A DNA stretch of 64,000 nt from Thalassobaculaceae bacterium (GTDB lineage Bacteria; Pseudomonadota; Alphaproteobacteria; Thalassobaculales; Thalassobaculaceae). The notes below the pieces were generated by a model that was not told where the DNA came from, did no database searches, and saw only the letters and a program-made list of their open reading frames with translations. The stretch spans positions 1,914 through 65,913 of the forward strand of contig CAXXXW010000001.1 of the NCBI GenBank assembly GCA_963665555.2, given 5' to 3'. The position numbers and the translations under genes were made by a program. Each line of letters opens with the position of its first letter. The first letter of the stretch is position 1. Below are positions 9,334 through 19,766 of this stretch, piece after piece.

Positions 9334-10077
9334 ATGCCCAGGTTCAAGCTCCTCGTGGAGTACGACGGCGGCGCCTTCGCCGGCTGGCAGCGCCAGGCCA
9401 ACGGCCCGTCGGTCCAGCAGGCGCTGGAAGAGGCGGCGCTCGCCTTCTCCGGCGAGACGGTCGAGGTCGTGGGGGCCGGGCGCACCGATTCCGGCGTCCA
9501 CGCGCTCGCCATGGCGGCGCATCTGGACCTCGCGAGCGAGCGGTTCGACGGGCGAACCGTGCGCGCCGCGCTCGACTTCCACCTCCGCCCGGCGCCGGTC
9601 TCGGTGCTGTCGGCCGAGGTCGCGCCGCCCGGTTTCCACGCGCGTTTCTCGGCGGTCCGGCGGCGCTACCTCTACCGGATCCTGAACCGGCGCGCGCCGC
9701 CGGCGCTGCGACGCGGGCGGGTCTGGCACGTGGCGCGGCCGCTCGACGCGGCGGCGATGGCCGGGGCGGCGGCGGCGCTGCTCGGCCGCCACGACTTCTC
9801 CAGCTTCCGCGCCGCCGGCTGCCAGGCCGCCTCGCCGACGAGGACGCTGGACCGGCTCGACGTGTTCCGCGAGGGCGAGGAGGTGCGGATCGTCGCCGAG
9901 GCGCGGTCGTTCCTCTACCGCCAGGTGCGCAACATCGTCGGCTCGCTCGGCCTCGTGGGCGAGGGGAAGTGGACGCGGGCCGACATCGAGGCCGCGCTCG
10001 CCGCCCGCGACCGCGCCGCCGCCGGCCCCGCCGCCCCGGCCGAGGGCCTCTACCTGGCGGAGGTGGGGTACGAATAG
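9334..10077 (+). CDS. truA: tRNA pseudouridine(38-40) synthase.
   Basis: [21 protein letters not shown], catalytic [36 protein letters not shown]. Confidence 0.9.
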   Translation: MPRFKLLVEYDGGAFAGWQRQANGPSVQQALEEAALAFSGETVEVVGAGRTDSGVHALAMAAHLDLASERFDGRTVRAALDFHLRPAPVSVLSAEVAPPGFHARFSAVRRRYLYRILNRRAPPALRRGRVWHVARPLDAAAMAGAAAALLGRHDFSSFRAAGCQAASPTRTLDRLDVFREGEEVRIVAEARSFLYRQVRNIVGSLGLVGEGKWTRADIEAALAARDRAAAGPAAPAEGLYLAEVGYE

Positions 10078-10100
10078 GGGATCGCCGGCGGCCGGCCGCC

Positions 10101-10679
10101 TCAGAACTTGCCGGCGAAGGACTCCAGCACCTTCACCACCGCGACGCTGAACACGAAGTCGAGCACGACGATGGCGAAGGACATGATAATCCCGAGGCCC
10201 AGCTGGCGGCGCGCCACCTCGACGAACATCAGCGTCGCGGCCGTGTAGCACAGCGCGGTGACCACCGCCTCGACGCCCGGCGGCGCGACGCCGTACAGGC
10301 CGGTCAGCGACGCCGCCGCGAACATGTAGGCGATCGGCGCGGAGACCCAGTTGTACGGCACGATGTAGTCGATGAAGCGCTCGCCCCGGCCGAGGGCGGA
10401 GGAGACGCCCGCCATCAGCACCGGCCAGGCCAGCCAGACGATGGCGTAGATCATCAGGTCGATCACGGCGTCCAGCGGCCCGTATTCGGTCCGCCCGGTG
10501 TACGCCATGCCGCGCGCGACGATCGCCGCGTGCGCCGGCAGCGCCAGCACGGCGGCGAACAGCGAGTTCCAGAACCCTTCCGGCGTGCGGTTGAACATCG
10601 CCGCCGCGTCCGGGTGGCGGCGCGCCAGCAGGACCGTCCCGTAAAGCGCCTTCACCAGTTCGGCGAAAGAGGGCAGCAT
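10101..10679 (-). CDS. Hypothetical integral membrane protein with about 5 hydrophobic helices.
   Basis: 192 aa with five hydrophobic stretches. The ATG lies 4 nt after the dapE stop, suggesting operon coupling. Confidence 0.6.
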   Translation of the reverse strand: MLPSFAELVKALYGTVLLARRHPDAAAMFNRTPEGFWNSLFAAVLALPAHAAIVARGMAYTGRTEYGPLDAVIDLMIYAIVWLAWPVLMAGVSSALGRGERFIDYIVPYNWVSAPIAYMFAAASLTGLYGVAPPGVEAVVTALCYTAATLMFVEVARRQLGLGIIMSFAIVVLDFVFSVAVVKVLESFAGKF

Positions 10680-10683
10680 GGCG

Positions 10684-11853
10684 TCACCGGCGCGCCCGGG
10701 CGAAAAACCGCTCCAGCAGCGCGAGATAGACCTCCGCCAGGGCGTGGATGTCGGCGACGGCCACGTGCTCGTCCGCCTTGTGCATCGTCTGGCCGACGCC
10801 GCCGAACTCCACCACCGGGCAATGGGCGCGGATGAAGCGCGCGTCGGAGGTGCCGCCGGTCGTGCTGAGTTCCGGCGAAACGCCCAGCGTCTCCTCCACC
10901 GCCGCCGCGAGGTCCTCGGTCAGCGGCCCCGGCTCCGTCAGGAAGGCGCCGGAGGAGCATTCGGTCTCCAGTTCGTAGCCGCCGCCGGCGGCGTCGAACG
11001 CCGCGCGCAGCCGGGCCTCGATCCCCTCGGCCGTCTGGAGGTCGTTGAAGCGGATGTTGAAGACGGCGGTCGCCCGGGCGGGGATGACGTTGCTCGCCGG
11101 GTTGCCGGTGTCGATGGAGGCGATGGCGACGGTGGAGGGCGGGAAATGCGCGCTCCCCTCGTCCAGCCGCTCCTCGGCCAGCGGGGCCAGCATCCGCACC
11201 AGGCGCGAGAGCGGGTTGTCGGCGAGGTGGGGATAGGCGGTGTGGCCCTGGACCCCGCGGACCGCCAGCCGGCCGGTCAGGCTGCCGCGCCGGCCGATCT
11301 TCGCCATGCCGCCGAGGCGGTCCGGGTTGGTCGGCTCGCCGACCACGCAGGCGTCCATCCGCTCGCCGCGCGCCTCCATCCAGCGCAGGACCTTGGCGGT
11401 GCCGTTGACGGCCGGCCCCTCCTCGTCGCCGGTGACCAGCAGGGCGATCGAGCCGGGGAGGGCGCCGCCGCGCGCGGCCGCGAAACGCCCGGCCGCCGCC
11501 ACGAAGGCCGCGATGGCGGACTTCATGTCCGCCGCGCCGCGCCCGTAAAGCCGGCCGTCCACGATCTCGCCCCCGAAGGGATCGACGGACCAGTCCGCCC
11601 GGTCGCCCGGCGGGACCACGTCGGTGTGCCCGGCGAAGCCGAACACCGGCCCTTCCGTTCCCAGCCGGGCGTAGAGGTTGTCCACGTCCGGCGTGCCCGC
11701 CTCGGAGAAGCGCAGCCGGTGGCGGGCGAAGCCCATGCCGGCGAGGACGCCCTCCAGCGCGTCGAGCGCGCCGTTGTCCTCCGGCGTGACGCTCGGGCAG
11801 CGGATCAGCCGCTGGCTGAGTTCGACCGGATCGATGCGCGCGCCGGCGTCCAT
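10684..11853 (-). CDS. dapE: Succinyl-diaminopimelate desuccinylase.
   Basis: M20 peptidase motifs [40 protein letters not shown]. Adjacent to dapD. Confidence 0.9.
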   Translation of the reverse strand: MDAGARIDPVELSQRLIRCPSVTPEDNGALDALEGVLAGMGFARHRLRFSEAGTPDVDNLYARLGTEGPVFGFAGHTDVVPPGDRADWSVDPFGGEIVDGRLYGRGAADMKSAIAAFVAAAGRFAAARGGALPGSIALLVTGDEEGPAVNGTAKVLRWMEARGERMDACVVGEPTNPDRLGGMAKIGRRGSLTGRLAVRGVQGHTAYPHLADNPLSRLVRMLAPLAEERLDEGSAHFPPSTVAIASIDTGNPASNVIPARATAVFNIRFNDLQTAEGIEARLRAAFDAAGGGYELETECSSGAFLTEPGPLTEDLAAAVEETLGVSPELSTTGGTSDARFIRAHCPVVEFGGVGQTMHKADEHVAVADIHALAEVYLALLERFFARARR

Positions 11854-11859
11854 GCCGGC

Positions 11860-12720
11860 TCAGTCGCGCAGCAATTCGTTGATGGAGGTCTTGGAGCGGG
11901 TCTGCTCGTCCACCCGTTTCACGATGACGGCGCAGTAGAGCGACGGCCCCGGACTCCCGTCCGGCAGCGGCTTGCCCGGCATCGCCCCCGGCACCACCAC
12001 CGAATAGGCCGGCACCCGGCCGGTCAGCACCTCCCCGGTCTCGCGGTTCACGATCCGGGTCGAGGCGCCGATATAGACGCCCATGCTGAGCACCGAGCCG
12101 GTTTCGACGACCACGCCCTCCGCCACCTCGGAGCGGGCGCCGACGAAGCAGTTGTCCTCGATAATCACCGGGTTGGCCTGCATCGGCTCCAGCACGCCGG
12201 CGATGCCGGCCCCGCCGGAGATGTGGCAGTTCTTGCCCACCTGCGCGCAGGAGCCGATCGTGGCCCAGGTGTCCACCATCGTGCCGCTGTCCACATAGGC
12301 GCCGAGGTTGACGAAGCTCGGCATCAGCACCGCGCCGGGGGCGACATAGGCCGACCGGCGGACCACGCAGTTCGGCACCGCGCGCAGCCCGGCCTCGCGG
12401 AAGCGCGCCTCGCTCCAGCCGGCGAATTTGGACGGCACCTTGTCCCACCAGTGCGAGGGGCCGCGCTCGGGGTCCGCCGGGCCGCCGGGGATCGGCCCCA
12501 TGTCGTAAAGCCGGAAGGACAGCAGCACCGCCTTCTTCAGCCACTGGTTCACCCGCCATTCGTGGCCGCCGAGCGGTTCGGCGACCCGGCTTTCGCCGGA
12601 GTCCATGGCGTCCAGCGCCGCCTCGATGGCGTCGCGCGCCTCGCCCCGCGTGTCGGGACCGATCGAATCCCGCGCGTCCCAGGCGCGTTCGACGGCGGTT
12701 TCGAGTTGGGAATCGCTCAT
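11860..12720 (-). CDS. dapD: 2,3,4,5-tetrahydropyridine-2,6-dicarboxylate N-succinyltransferase.
   Basis: Long DapD form. Hexapeptide-repeat region [50 protein letters not shown]-terminus [18 protein letters not shown]. Confidence 0.9.
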   Translation of the reverse strand: MSDSQLETAVERAWDARDSIGPDTRGEARDAIEAALDAMDSGESRVAEPLGGHEWRVNQWLKKAVLLSFRLYDMGPIPGGPADPERGPSHWWDKVPSKFAGWSEARFREAGLRAVPNCVVRRSAYVAPGAVLMPSFVNLGAYVDSGTMVDTWATIGSCAQVGKNCHISGGAGIAGVLEPMQANPVIIEDNCFVGARSEVAEGVVVETGSVLSMGVYIGASTRIVNRETGEVLTGRVPAYSVVVPGAMPGKPLPDGSPGPSLYCAVIVKRVDEQTRSKTSINELLRD

Positions 12721-12781
12721 GGCGCGGCGTCCGTTCGGCGGTTGCGGGCGGCGCGCAACATGGGCGTCCGCCGCCGGGCTG

Positions 12782-13504
12782 TCAACACGCCGCCGCCGGG
12801 ACCGGGCCGGCCGGAACCGGGCCGACGAGCGTCTCCAGCCAGTCCGCGAGGTCGTCGATTTCGTGGTGCACCCAGCCCTCGCCGGCCCCCTCGGCCGACC
12901 AGTCCATGGCGTTGCGCAGCCACACCGTCGTCATGCCCATCTCGGCGGCCGGGCGCAGGTTCTTGGCCATGTCCTCGACCATCGCCGAGGCCGCCGGGTC
13001 GATCCCGAACCGCGCCGCCATGGCGGCGTAGGGGCGGGGGTCCGGCTTGGGAACGAAATCGCCGGCCACGATGTCGAACACGCCCTCGAACAGCGCGTCG
13101 ATGCCGAGCTGGCGGGTGATCCGCTCGGCGTGCGGGACCGAGCCGTTGGTGAAGATCACCCGGCGGCCGGGCAGGCGGCCGATCAGCGCGGCGAGCCTGG
13201 GATCGGGCGCCATGTCGCTCACGTCGATGTCGTGCACGAAGTCGAGGAAGCGTCCGGGGTCCAGCCCGCGCTCCACCGTCAGGCCCCGCATGGTGGTGCC
13301 GTGGCGCCGGAACATGCGCCGCTGCAGGTCGCGGGCGGCGTCCTCGGAAAGCCCGTACTCCTCCCGGATGAACAGCGTCATCCGCCGCGACACCCGCGCG
13401 AACAGGTTCGAGGCGGCGGGATAGAGCGTGTTGTCGAGGTCGAACACCCAGCAGCCGATCCGGGCGGGATCGAGCGGCGCGCGCGGGGGACGGGGATCGG
13501 TCAT
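12782..13504 (-). CDS. HAD-superfamily pyrimidine 5'-nucleotidase.
   Basis: HAD motif [35 protein letters not shown] at 13504 (MTDPRPP); the longer ORF-track start at 13819 overlaps the PhyH gene and is unlikely. Confidence 0.75.
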   Translation of the reverse strand: MTDPRPPRAPLDPARIGCWVFDLDNTLYPAASNLFARVSRRMTLFIREEYGLSEDAARDLQRRMFRRHGTTMRGLTVERGLDPGRFLDFVHDIDVSDMAPDPRLAALIGRLPGRRVIFTNGSVPHAERITRQLGIDALFEGVFDIVAGDFVPKPDPRPYAAMAARFGIDPAASAMVEDMAKNLRPAAEMGMTTVWLRNAMDWSAEGAGEGWVHHEIDDLADWLETLVGPVPAGPVPAAAC

Positions 13505-13583
13505 GGGCGGCGCTCCGGGAATGTGCGGGCTGGCGGATGGGACAGGGCGCTTCGGGACTGCCGCCAGGATGGATCGGACTCTG

Positions 13584-14546
13584 TCACGTCGCAAAGTGCG
13601 CTCGAATCGCATCGTGAAAATAGCTCCAGTACCACAGAGGACCATCCCGCCGCCGAACCTTGGCCAGTGCGTAGCGCGGACGGACGGAAACGGGACAAAA
13701 ATGTCCCACCAGGCTTTGGCGCGTGGCCCCGGGGTCGGTAATTTGCGAACCGCCGTGTGCGAGATCGGCGTGCCAGACGAGCACATCTCCCTTTCTGGCC
13801 AGAAAGGTTTCCTGCTCAAGGCCGCGGCTGTCGCATTCGGCGCCTAGCCATTCGAGGAACTTCTCCACTTCCCCATCGCGCGCTCCATGGGAATCCCGTC
13901 GTCCGGTCGAAAAGACATAATCGGGCAAGCGGTGGCTCTTTATCCTGTAGCGGAGTTCGCCGGACCCTTGCGCGATGTCCTCCAGAGCGATCCAGCACGC
14001 CGCCATGCACAGTGGCCGGTCGTAGACAACGAAGGCGGGATCCTGATGGAGCGGCTGCTCCGATCCCATGCGAAAAATCAGCGATTGGCTAAGAACCGGC
14101 GGTTCGTCGAAGATCGCGGACAAAAACTCCAGTACCCGGGGGGCGGACAAGACGTCACGCGCCTCCGGCAGGACCGTGTGAGCCTCGACGATACGGGCGC
14201 CGCGCGCGTTGTCGCCTGTTTTCAGGACAAGGGTCCGGGAACCGTCGGTTTGGTAGCGCAATCGCCGGTCGCCCCTTGCGAAGGCGGTTGCGACGATATC
14301 CGCCAGCCGGTCCGCCGCGGCCGAAGCGACGGCGCCCGGCAAGACGACATAGCCGTTTTCCATGAACCGGCCGATGTTCGCACCGGTTTCGGGGGAAACC
14401 TGTCCAGCGGCAATCCGCCGGGCGAGCTCGGCGGCCGCCCCGACGCGATCTATCCACAGGCCGCCGAAGTCGGAGTGGAACAGCGTTTCTTGCCCGCGCG
14501 GTCGCCGACTTCCGGCGCGGCCGAGCCGTTTCAGGAACGACAGCAT
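13584..14546 (-). CDS. Phytanoyl-CoA dioxygenase (PhyH) family Fe(II)/2-oxoglutarate oxygenase.
   Basis: HxD facial triad PLHQDPAF, distal His WHADLAHGG, Arg in RQSLVGHF. Visibly lower GC than its neighbours. The ATG lies 13 nt after the argB stop. Confidence 0.7.
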   Translation of the reverse strand: MLSFLKRLGRAGSRRPRGQETLFHSDFGGLWIDRVGAAAELARRIAAGQVSPETGANIGRFMENGYVVLPGAVASAAADRLADIVATAFARGDRRLRYQTDGSRTLVLKTGDNARGARIVEAHTVLPEARDVLSAPRVLEFLSAIFDEPPVLSQSLIFRMGSEQPLHQDPAFVVYDRPLCMAACWIALEDIAQGSGELRYRIKSHRLPDYVFSTGRRDSHGARDGEVEKFLEWLGAECDSRGLEQETFLARKGDVLVWHADLAHGGSQITDPGATRQSLVGHFCPVSVRPRYALAKVRRRDGPLWYWSYFHDAIRAHFAT

Positions 14547-14559
14547 TGTGGCTCGCCCG

Positions 14560-15483
14560 TCATGCGTCCCCCGCCCCGCCGGCGCGCACGATGGTGCCGG
14601 CGCCGCCGGGCGTGAACAGTTCCAGCAGCACCGCGTGGGGCGCGCGGCCGTCCAGGATGACGGCGCCGCCGGCGCCGCGCTCGACCGCCTCGACGCAGGT
14701 TTCGACCTTCGGGATCATGCCGCCGGAGACCGTCCCGTCGGCGATCAGCGCGCGCGCCTCGGCCACCGTCAGTTCCGGGACCAGCGCGCCGCTCCGGTCG
14801 AGCACGCCCTCCACGTCCGTCAGCATCAGCATCCGGCTCGCGTTGGACGCGCCGGCGATGGCCCCGGCGGCGGTGTCGGCGTTGATGTTGTAGGTCCGCC
14901 CGTCCGGGCCGAGGCCGACCGGCGCGATCACCGGGATGAAGCCGGCGGCGGTCAGCGCCTCCAGCAGGCCCGTGTCCACCTCCGAGGGTTCGCCGACGAA
15001 GCCGAGGTCGAGCACGCGCTCGATGTTGCTTTCGGGGTCCGTGCGCGTCCGCGACAGCTTCTCGGCCCGGATCAGGTTGGCGTCCTTGCCGGAAACGCCG
15101 ACGGCGCGCCCGCCGGCCGCGTTGATCGCGGCGGCGATCGACTTGTTGATCGAGCCGGCGAGCACCATCTCGACGATCTCGACGGTCGCCGCGTCGGTGA
15201 CGCGCAGGCCGTCGACGAACTCGCTCTCGATGGCGAGGCGCTTCAGCATCCGGCCGATCTGCGGCCCGCCGCCGTGCACGACCAGCGGGTTCGTCCCGAC
15301 CTGCTTCAGCAGCGCCATGTCGGAGGCGAAGGACTCGAACAGCGCCGGGTCGCCCATCGCGTGGCCGCCGAACTTGACCACGATGGCGCGCCCGCTGTAG
15401 CGCCGCATGAAGGGCAGGGCGTCGGCGAGAATGCCGGCCCTGGAGAGCCACTCCGCCCGCGCCTCGGCGTCCGTCCCCGCCAT
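14560..15483 (-). CDS. argB: Acetylglutamate kinase.
   Basis: [46 protein letters not shown] at 15483 (MAGTDAEA); the upstream ORF-track extension is Arg/Pro-rich junk. Confidence 0.9.
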   Translation of the reverse strand: MAGTDAEARAEWLSRAGILADALPFMRRYSGRAIVVKFGGHAMGDPALFESFASDMALLKQVGTNPLVVHGGGPQIGRMLKRLAIESEFVDGLRVTDAATVEIVEMVLAGSINKSIAAAINAAGGRAVGVSGKDANLIRAEKLSRTRTDPESNIERVLDLGFVGEPSEVDTGLLEALTAAGFIPVIAPVGLGPDGRTYNINADTAAGAIAGASNASRMLMLTDVEGVLDRSGALVPELTVAEARALIADGTVSGGMIPKVETCVEAVERGAGGAVILDGRAPHAVLLELFTPGGAGTIVRAGGAGDA

Positions 15484-15578
15484 CGTCTCCGCTCCCGTTT
15501 CGCCCGCGCCGTGTTTACGCCGCCGCTCCGCCCGCGCGCAAGGGGAAGGGGGCCGGCGGGGATTCGGCCGCGGGCGAG

Positions 15579-16040
15579 TCAGGGGAACTGGCCGTGGGCG
15601 AAGTTGTACGCGGCGCCCGGCTCCTTCGCCGCCGCCGCCCGGTAGAGGTCGAAATCCACGGTGAGCACGGGCGTTTCGGCGGAAACGGCCTCCAGCAGGA
15701 CGGCGTCGGTCAGGCCGAGCCGCCGAAACTCGCGATTCCGCGCCGCGTCCGCGCTGGCGACCACCGTCTCCTCCTGCTTTTCGATAAGGAGCCGGAGGAC
15801 ATCGAAGCACCTCGAACGCTCCGGCTCCCCGTGCTGGGCCAGCAGGTTGGACGTTTCGGTGAGCGTGTTCGGCGTCACCAGCACCCGGTCCATCGAATTG
15901 ACAATGCTCACCAGCCGCTCGAAGTCCTCGATCTCGAAGCTTTCGGTGCGCTTGTGCTTGGCGATCAGGTTCCGGCCCGTCTCCCCCACGACAAGCAGGA
16001 CGAGCAGGTTGGCGTCGATGAACATGCGGGTGGGAATCAT
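15579..16040 (-). CDS. PIN-domain protein; putative VapC-like ribonuclease toxin.
   Basis: Four acidic PIN positions: D9 (MFIDANLL), E62 (TLTETSNLL), D112 ([10 protein letters not shown]), D129/D131 (LTVDFDLY). 153 aa. Lower GC than the flanks. Starts 4 nt after the stop of the upstream 89-aa ORF. Confidence 0.7.
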   Translation of the reverse strand: MIPTRMFIDANLLVLLVVGETGRNLIAKHKRTESFEIEDFERLVSIVNSMDRVLVTPNTLTETSNLLAQHGEPERSRCFDVLRLLIEKQEETVVASADAARNREFRRLGLTDAVLLEAVSAETPVLTVDFDLYRAAAAKEPGAAYNFAHGQFP

Positions 16041-16044
16041 CGAC

Positions 16045-16314
16045 TTAGGGGGCGGCGGGCTGGAGCCGGTCCGTCATCGAAATCACTTCGCCGTCGGGGT
16101 CGGCGATCTCCAAAACCTTGTAAGACCGCAAAACCTTGGGGGGGTTGAGAACGGAGTCGATCGTCCGCTCCCATGGCCGCGAGAACCCAAGCGTGATCAG
16201 CCAGAAATCTCCGTCCCGCTTGACTTCCTCAAGGCCGACATTCTCGATGGTCTCGTCGGCGTAAAGCTCTCCAAGGTAGGCTTTCGCCGTCCGAACCGCC
16301 TCTCTCGCTTCCAT
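16045..16314 (-). CDS. Hypothetical 89-aa protein; candidate cognate partner or antitoxin of the PIN protein, with no known antitoxin motif recognised.
   Basis: Strong RBS GGAGGAGG before ATG 16314. Normal composition (MEAREAVRTAKAYLGELYADETIENVGLEEVKRDGDFWLITLGF...). Two-gene architecture with the PIN gene. Confidence 0.55.
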   Translation of the reverse strand: MEAREAVRTAKAYLGELYADETIENVGLEEVKRDGDFWLITLGFSRPWERTIDSVLNPPKVLRSYKVLEIADPDGEVISMTDRLQPAAP

Positions 16315-16353
16315 CGCCTCCTCCCTCTCGGTCCCGCACCTTACCGCGCCCCG

Positions 16354-17007
16354 CTACGGGCGCGCCAGCGTGGCGAGTTCGGCGCGGAGTTCGGGGATGC
16401 CGGCGCCGGTGGCGGCGCTGGTCGCGGCGATCGCCGGGTGGGCCGCCGGGCGGCGTTCGAGTTCGCGCGCCGTCGCCGCGATCCGCGCCGCGAGTTCGGC
16501 CGGCTTGAGCTTGTCGGCCTTGGTCAGGACCGCCTGGTACACCACCGCCGCCTCGTCCAGCATGTCCATCGTCTCGCGGTCGAGGTCCTTCGGGCCGTGG
16601 CGCGCGTCCACCAGCAGGCAGACGCGGCGCAGCGGGACCCGGCCGCGCAGGAACGCCTTCAGCACGCGCGTCCACGCCTCGACCCGGCTGCGCGACACGC
16701 GGGCGTAGCCGTAGCCCGGCAGGTCCACCAGCGCCAGCCGCCCGCCGAGGTCGAAGAAGTTGAGCTGTTGCGTGCGCCCCGGCGTCTTCGAGATGCGCGC
16801 CAGCGCCTTGCGGCCGGCCAGCGCGTTCAGCAGGCTCGACTTGCCCACGTTCGAGCGGCCGGCGAAGGCGATCTCCGGCGCGCCCGCCGGCGGGAGCCGG
16901 TCGAGCGTCTCCGTCCCGGCGACGAAGACGCATTCGCGCGCGAACAGCCGCCGCCCGGCCTCCAGCCGCTCGGCCGAAAACCCGGCCCCTTCCGCGTCCC
17001 CGGACAC
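16354..17007 (-). CDS. engB: Ribosome-biogenesis GTPase EngB/YihA/YsxC. The start is uncertain; GTG 17007 is proposed.
   Basis: P-loop GRSNVGKSSLLNAL, DLPGYGYA, TKADK. The ORF-track start at 17277 would overlap yidC by 250 nt; GTG 17007 lies 21 nt after the yidC stop. Confidence 0.8.
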   Translation of the reverse strand: MSGDAEGAGFSAERLEAGRRLFARECVFVAGTETLDRLPPAGAPEIAFAGRSNVGKSSLLNALAGRKALARISKTPGRTQQLNFFDLGGRLALVDLPGYGYARVSRSRVEAWTRVLKAFLRGRVPLRRVCLLVDARHGPKDLDRETMDMLDEAAVVYQAVLTKADKLKPAELAARIAATARELERRPAAHPAIAATSAATGAGIPELRAELATLARP

Positions 17008-17027
17008 CGCCGCCGCCCGTCCGCCGG

Positions 17028-18776
17028 CTATTTCACGCCCATGCGCCACATGATCAGCTTCTGCTGGGCGATCGAGAGCAGGTTGTTCCAGGTCCAGTAG
17101 ATCACCAGCCCGGCCGGGAAGGTGCCGAGCAGGAAGGTGAAGAACAGGGGCAGGAAGGCGAAAATCTTGGCCTGCACCGGGTCGGTCGGCTGCGGGTTGA
17201 GGCGCTGCTGCAGCCACATGGTCAGGCCCATGAACACCGGCCAGGCGCCGATCATGAGGAAGTAGGGCGGCTCCCACGGGACCAGGCCGAAGGCGTTGAA
17301 CAGCGAGGTCGGGTCGGCCACCGACAGGTCCTCGATCCAGCCGTAGAACGGCGCGTGCCGCATCTCGATGTTGACGAACAGCACCTTGTAGAGCGCGAAG
17401 AACACCGGGATCTGGACCAGGATCGGCAGGCAGCCCGAAGCCGGGTTGACCTTCTCCTGCCGGTAGATCGCCATCATCTCCTGGTTGAGGCGCGCCCTGT
17501 CGTCGCCGTATTGCTCGCGCAGCGCCTGCAGCTTGGGCGTCAGCTCGCGCATCTTCGCCATCGAGCGGTAGGACTTGTTGGCGAGCGGGTAGAACACCGC
17601 CTTGACGATAACGGTGAACGCGAGGATCGCCAGGCCGAAATTGCCGAGGAACCCGTACATCCAGGAAATCACGTAGAAGAACGGCTTGGTGAGGAAATAG
17701 AACCAGCCGAAATCGACCGCCAGGTCGAAATTGGCGATGCCCAGCCCCTCGCTGTAGGCGTCCAGCAGCTTGACCTCCTTGGCGCCGGCGAACAGGCGGT
17801 TGACCGCCTCGATCGAGCCGCCGGGCGCGATCCGCGTCTCGCCGCCCAGGTAGTCCACCTGGTAGCGGTCGTCGTTGTCGCGGATGGAGTGGACGAAGCG
17901 GTAGGTCTGGCGCGCGTCCTGGTCCGGGACCAGCGCCGCCAGCCAGTATTTGTCGGTGATGCCGATCCAGCCGCCGGTGGACAACTCCTCCATCCGGGGA
18001 TCGTCCTGCATGTCGTCGTAGTCGATCTCCTTCAGCGTGCCGTCGAACACGCCGAGCGGCCCCTCGTGCAGGATGTAGAAGCCGAGCGTGTCCGGCGTGC
18101 CGCCGCGCGCCACCAGCCCGTAAGGGAACAGCCCCACCTCCGCGGCGCCCGAATTGCGCACCCGCTGCGTCACGGCGACCATGTAGCCGTCGTCGATCGC
18201 GTAGGTCCGCTCGAAGGCGAGGCCCTCCCCGTTCTCCCAGACCAGCGTGACCGGGGTTTCGGGCGTGAGCGTCGAGCGGTCGGCCGTCCAGAGCGTCTCC
18301 GGCGTCGGCGGCGCGGTCCCGGCGGCGGCGCCGACCCAGCCGAACTCGGCGTAATACGGCTTCGGCGCGCCGGCCGGGCTGAACAGGCGGATCAGTTCGG
18401 AGTCGGCGTCCGTCGTCTCATGGTAGTTCGTCAGCACGAGGTCGTCGATCCGCCCGCCGCGCAGCGAGATCGAGCCGCGCAGGGTCGGCGTGTCGATGGC
18501 GATCCGGGGCGACGCCCGCAACGCCTCGCCGCGCCGCTCGGCGGCGATCGCGGCCGAGGGGGCGCCGGGCGCGGAGACGCCTTCCGACGGGGCCGGGGCG
18601 GCGGGCGCGTCGCCGGGGCGGGGCGTGGCCGGGTCGACCGCCGCCTGCTGGGCCTCGCGCTCGGCCTGCAACTCCCGCTCCCGCTCCATCCTGGGGAACT
18701 CGTACAGGAACTGGAAGCCGAGCAGGATCGCCAGCGACAGCGCGATGGCGACCAGCATGTTCCTCTGGTCGCTCAT
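17028..18776 (-). CDS. yidC: Membrane protein insertase YidC.
   Basis: 582 aa. N-terminal [20 protein letters not shown], a large periplasmic domain, and a conserved C-terminal core ([52 protein letters not shown]). Confidence 0.92.
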   Translation of the reverse strand: MSDQRNMLVAIALSLAILLGFQFLYEFPRMERERELQAEREAQQAAVDPATPRPGDAPAAPAPSEGVSAPGAPSAAIAAERRGEALRASPRIAIDTPTLRGSISLRGGRIDDLVLTNYHETTDADSELIRLFSPAGAPKPYYAEFGWVGAAAGTAPPTPETLWTADRSTLTPETPVTLVWENGEGLAFERTYAIDDGYMVAVTQRVRNSGAAEVGLFPYGLVARGGTPDTLGFYILHEGPLGVFDGTLKEIDYDDMQDDPRMEELSTGGWIGITDKYWLAALVPDQDARQTYRFVHSIRDNDDRYQVDYLGGETRIAPGGSIEAVNRLFAGAKEVKLLDAYSEGLGIANFDLAVDFGWFYFLTKPFFYVISWMYGFLGNFGLAILAFTVIVKAVFYPLANKSYRSMAKMRELTPKLQALREQYGDDRARLNQEMMAIYRQEKVNPASGCLPILVQIPVFFALYKVLFVNIEMRHAPFYGWIEDLSVADPTSLFNAFGLVPWEPPYFLMIGAWPVFMGLTMWLQQRLNPQPTDPVQAKIFAFLPLFFTFLLGTFPAGLVIYWTWNNLLSIAQQKLIMWRMGVK

Positions 18777-19057
18777 GCGCCGGACCTTCCGAGGCCGCCC
18801 GCGCCGCCGTCCCGGCGCGGCGGCGGAACGGGATCGTGGCCGGCCCCGCCCCAGGGATGGCAGCGCGCCAGCCGGCGGAGCGCGAGCCAGGCGCCGGCGG
18901 CCGGGCCGTGCGCGTCGATCGCCTCCAGGGCGTATTCCGAACAGGTCGGCCGGTAGCGGCAGGCGTGCCCCAGGAACGCCGAGAATGTGAGCCGGTAGGC
19001 GTGGATCGGCGCCTTCAGCAGCCAGGCCAGCGCCGCCTCGGCGCGCCGGCGCGTCAT
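18773..19057 (-). CDS. yidD: Membrane protein insertion efficiency factor YidD.
   Basis: [31 protein letters not shown] motif. 4-nt overlaps with both rnpA (upstream) and yidC (downstream). Confidence 0.85.
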   Translation of the reverse strand: MTRRRAEAALAWLLKAPIHAYRLTFSAFLGHACRYRPTCSEYALEAIDAHGPAAGAWLALRRLARCHPWGGAGHDPVPPPRRDGGAGGLGRSGA

Positions 19058-19437
19058 CGCGCGGCCTCCCGGACGCGCGCGGTCCGCTCGATACAGGCGC
19101 GCAGGTCCGCCAGCAAGTCGTCGTAGGGGCGCCCGGCGGTGCCGGCGCGCGCGATCAGCACATAGTCCATCCGTTCCCCGGCCCGTTCGGCCAGCACATC
19201 GCGCGCGGCGGCCTTGAGGCGCCGCCGCGCCCGGTTCCGCGCGACGGCGTTGCCGACCTTCTTGCTCGCGGTGAAGCCGACGCGCGGCGCGGCGGCGCCG
19301 TCCTCCGTCCCGGCCGGCGTCGGCGCGGCCTGCAGGACCAGGCCGGGCATCGCCGCCTTGCGGGCGCGCCGCGTCATCCGGACGAAGTCCGGCCGTCCGG
19401 TCAGGCGTCCGAGGCGCGCGCTGGCGTTGCTTCGCAT
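19054..19437 (-). CDS. rnpA: Ribonuclease P protein component.
   Basis: [28 protein letters not shown] (RNR motif). Located between rpmH and yidD. ATG at 19437. Confidence 0.85.
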   Translation of the reverse strand: MRSNASARLGRLTGRPDFVRMTRRARKAAMPGLVLQAAPTPAGTEDGAAAPRVGFTASKKVGNAVARNRARRRLKAAARDVLAERAGERMDYVLIARAGTAGRPYDDLLADLRACIERTARVREAAR

Positions 19438-19499
19438 GGATACCCCGTCGCGCGATGGCCGGGCGGGACGGGCGCCCCGCCCCGCTTGCCGCGCCCGGT

Positions 19500-19634
19500 T
19501 CAGGCCGACAGCTTGGCCCGTCCCTTCGCGCGGCGCGCCTTCAGCACGCGGCGGCCGCCGACGGTGGCCATGCGGGCGCGGAAGCCGTGCCGGCGCTTGC
19601 GCACCAGGACGCTCGGTTGATAAGTCCGTTTCAC
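19500..19634 (-). CDS. rpmH: 50S ribosomal protein L34. Too short for the ORF track.
   Basis: The reverse strand translates to (GTG)[44 protein letters not shown] followed by a stop. 44 aa in the canonical position upstream of rnpA. Confidence 0.9.
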   Translation of the reverse strand: MKRTYQPSVLVRKRRHGFRARMATVGGRRVLKARRAKGRAKLSA

Positions 19635-19766
19635 GGTGACGACCCCGTATGCAGGATTTCCGCCCGCCCCGCGGGCGCGCGCGGTATATATCGGGCCGGC
19701 GCCGGCAAGTCAACGCCGCGCGCCCGGGTCCGGGGCCGTCCCCCGGAACGGAAAACGGGGGCGGCG

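Noticed and set aside
10087-10100. A perfect 14-nt palindrome, ggcggccggccgcc, between convergent truA and the membrane-protein gene, considered as a bidirectional terminator.
   Set aside because: It leaves no loop, so only about a 5-bp stem is possible. There is no flanking U/A tract. Such GC palindromes occur by chance in this composition, so it is not reported as a feature.
9324-10835. A 503-aa plus-strand ORF starting at the first copy of the duplicated ATG upstream of truA.
   Set aside because: It is out of frame with truA, whose frame carries all the TruA motifs. It then continues antisense into the membrane-protein and dapE genes with an Arg/Gly/Pro-rich sequence.
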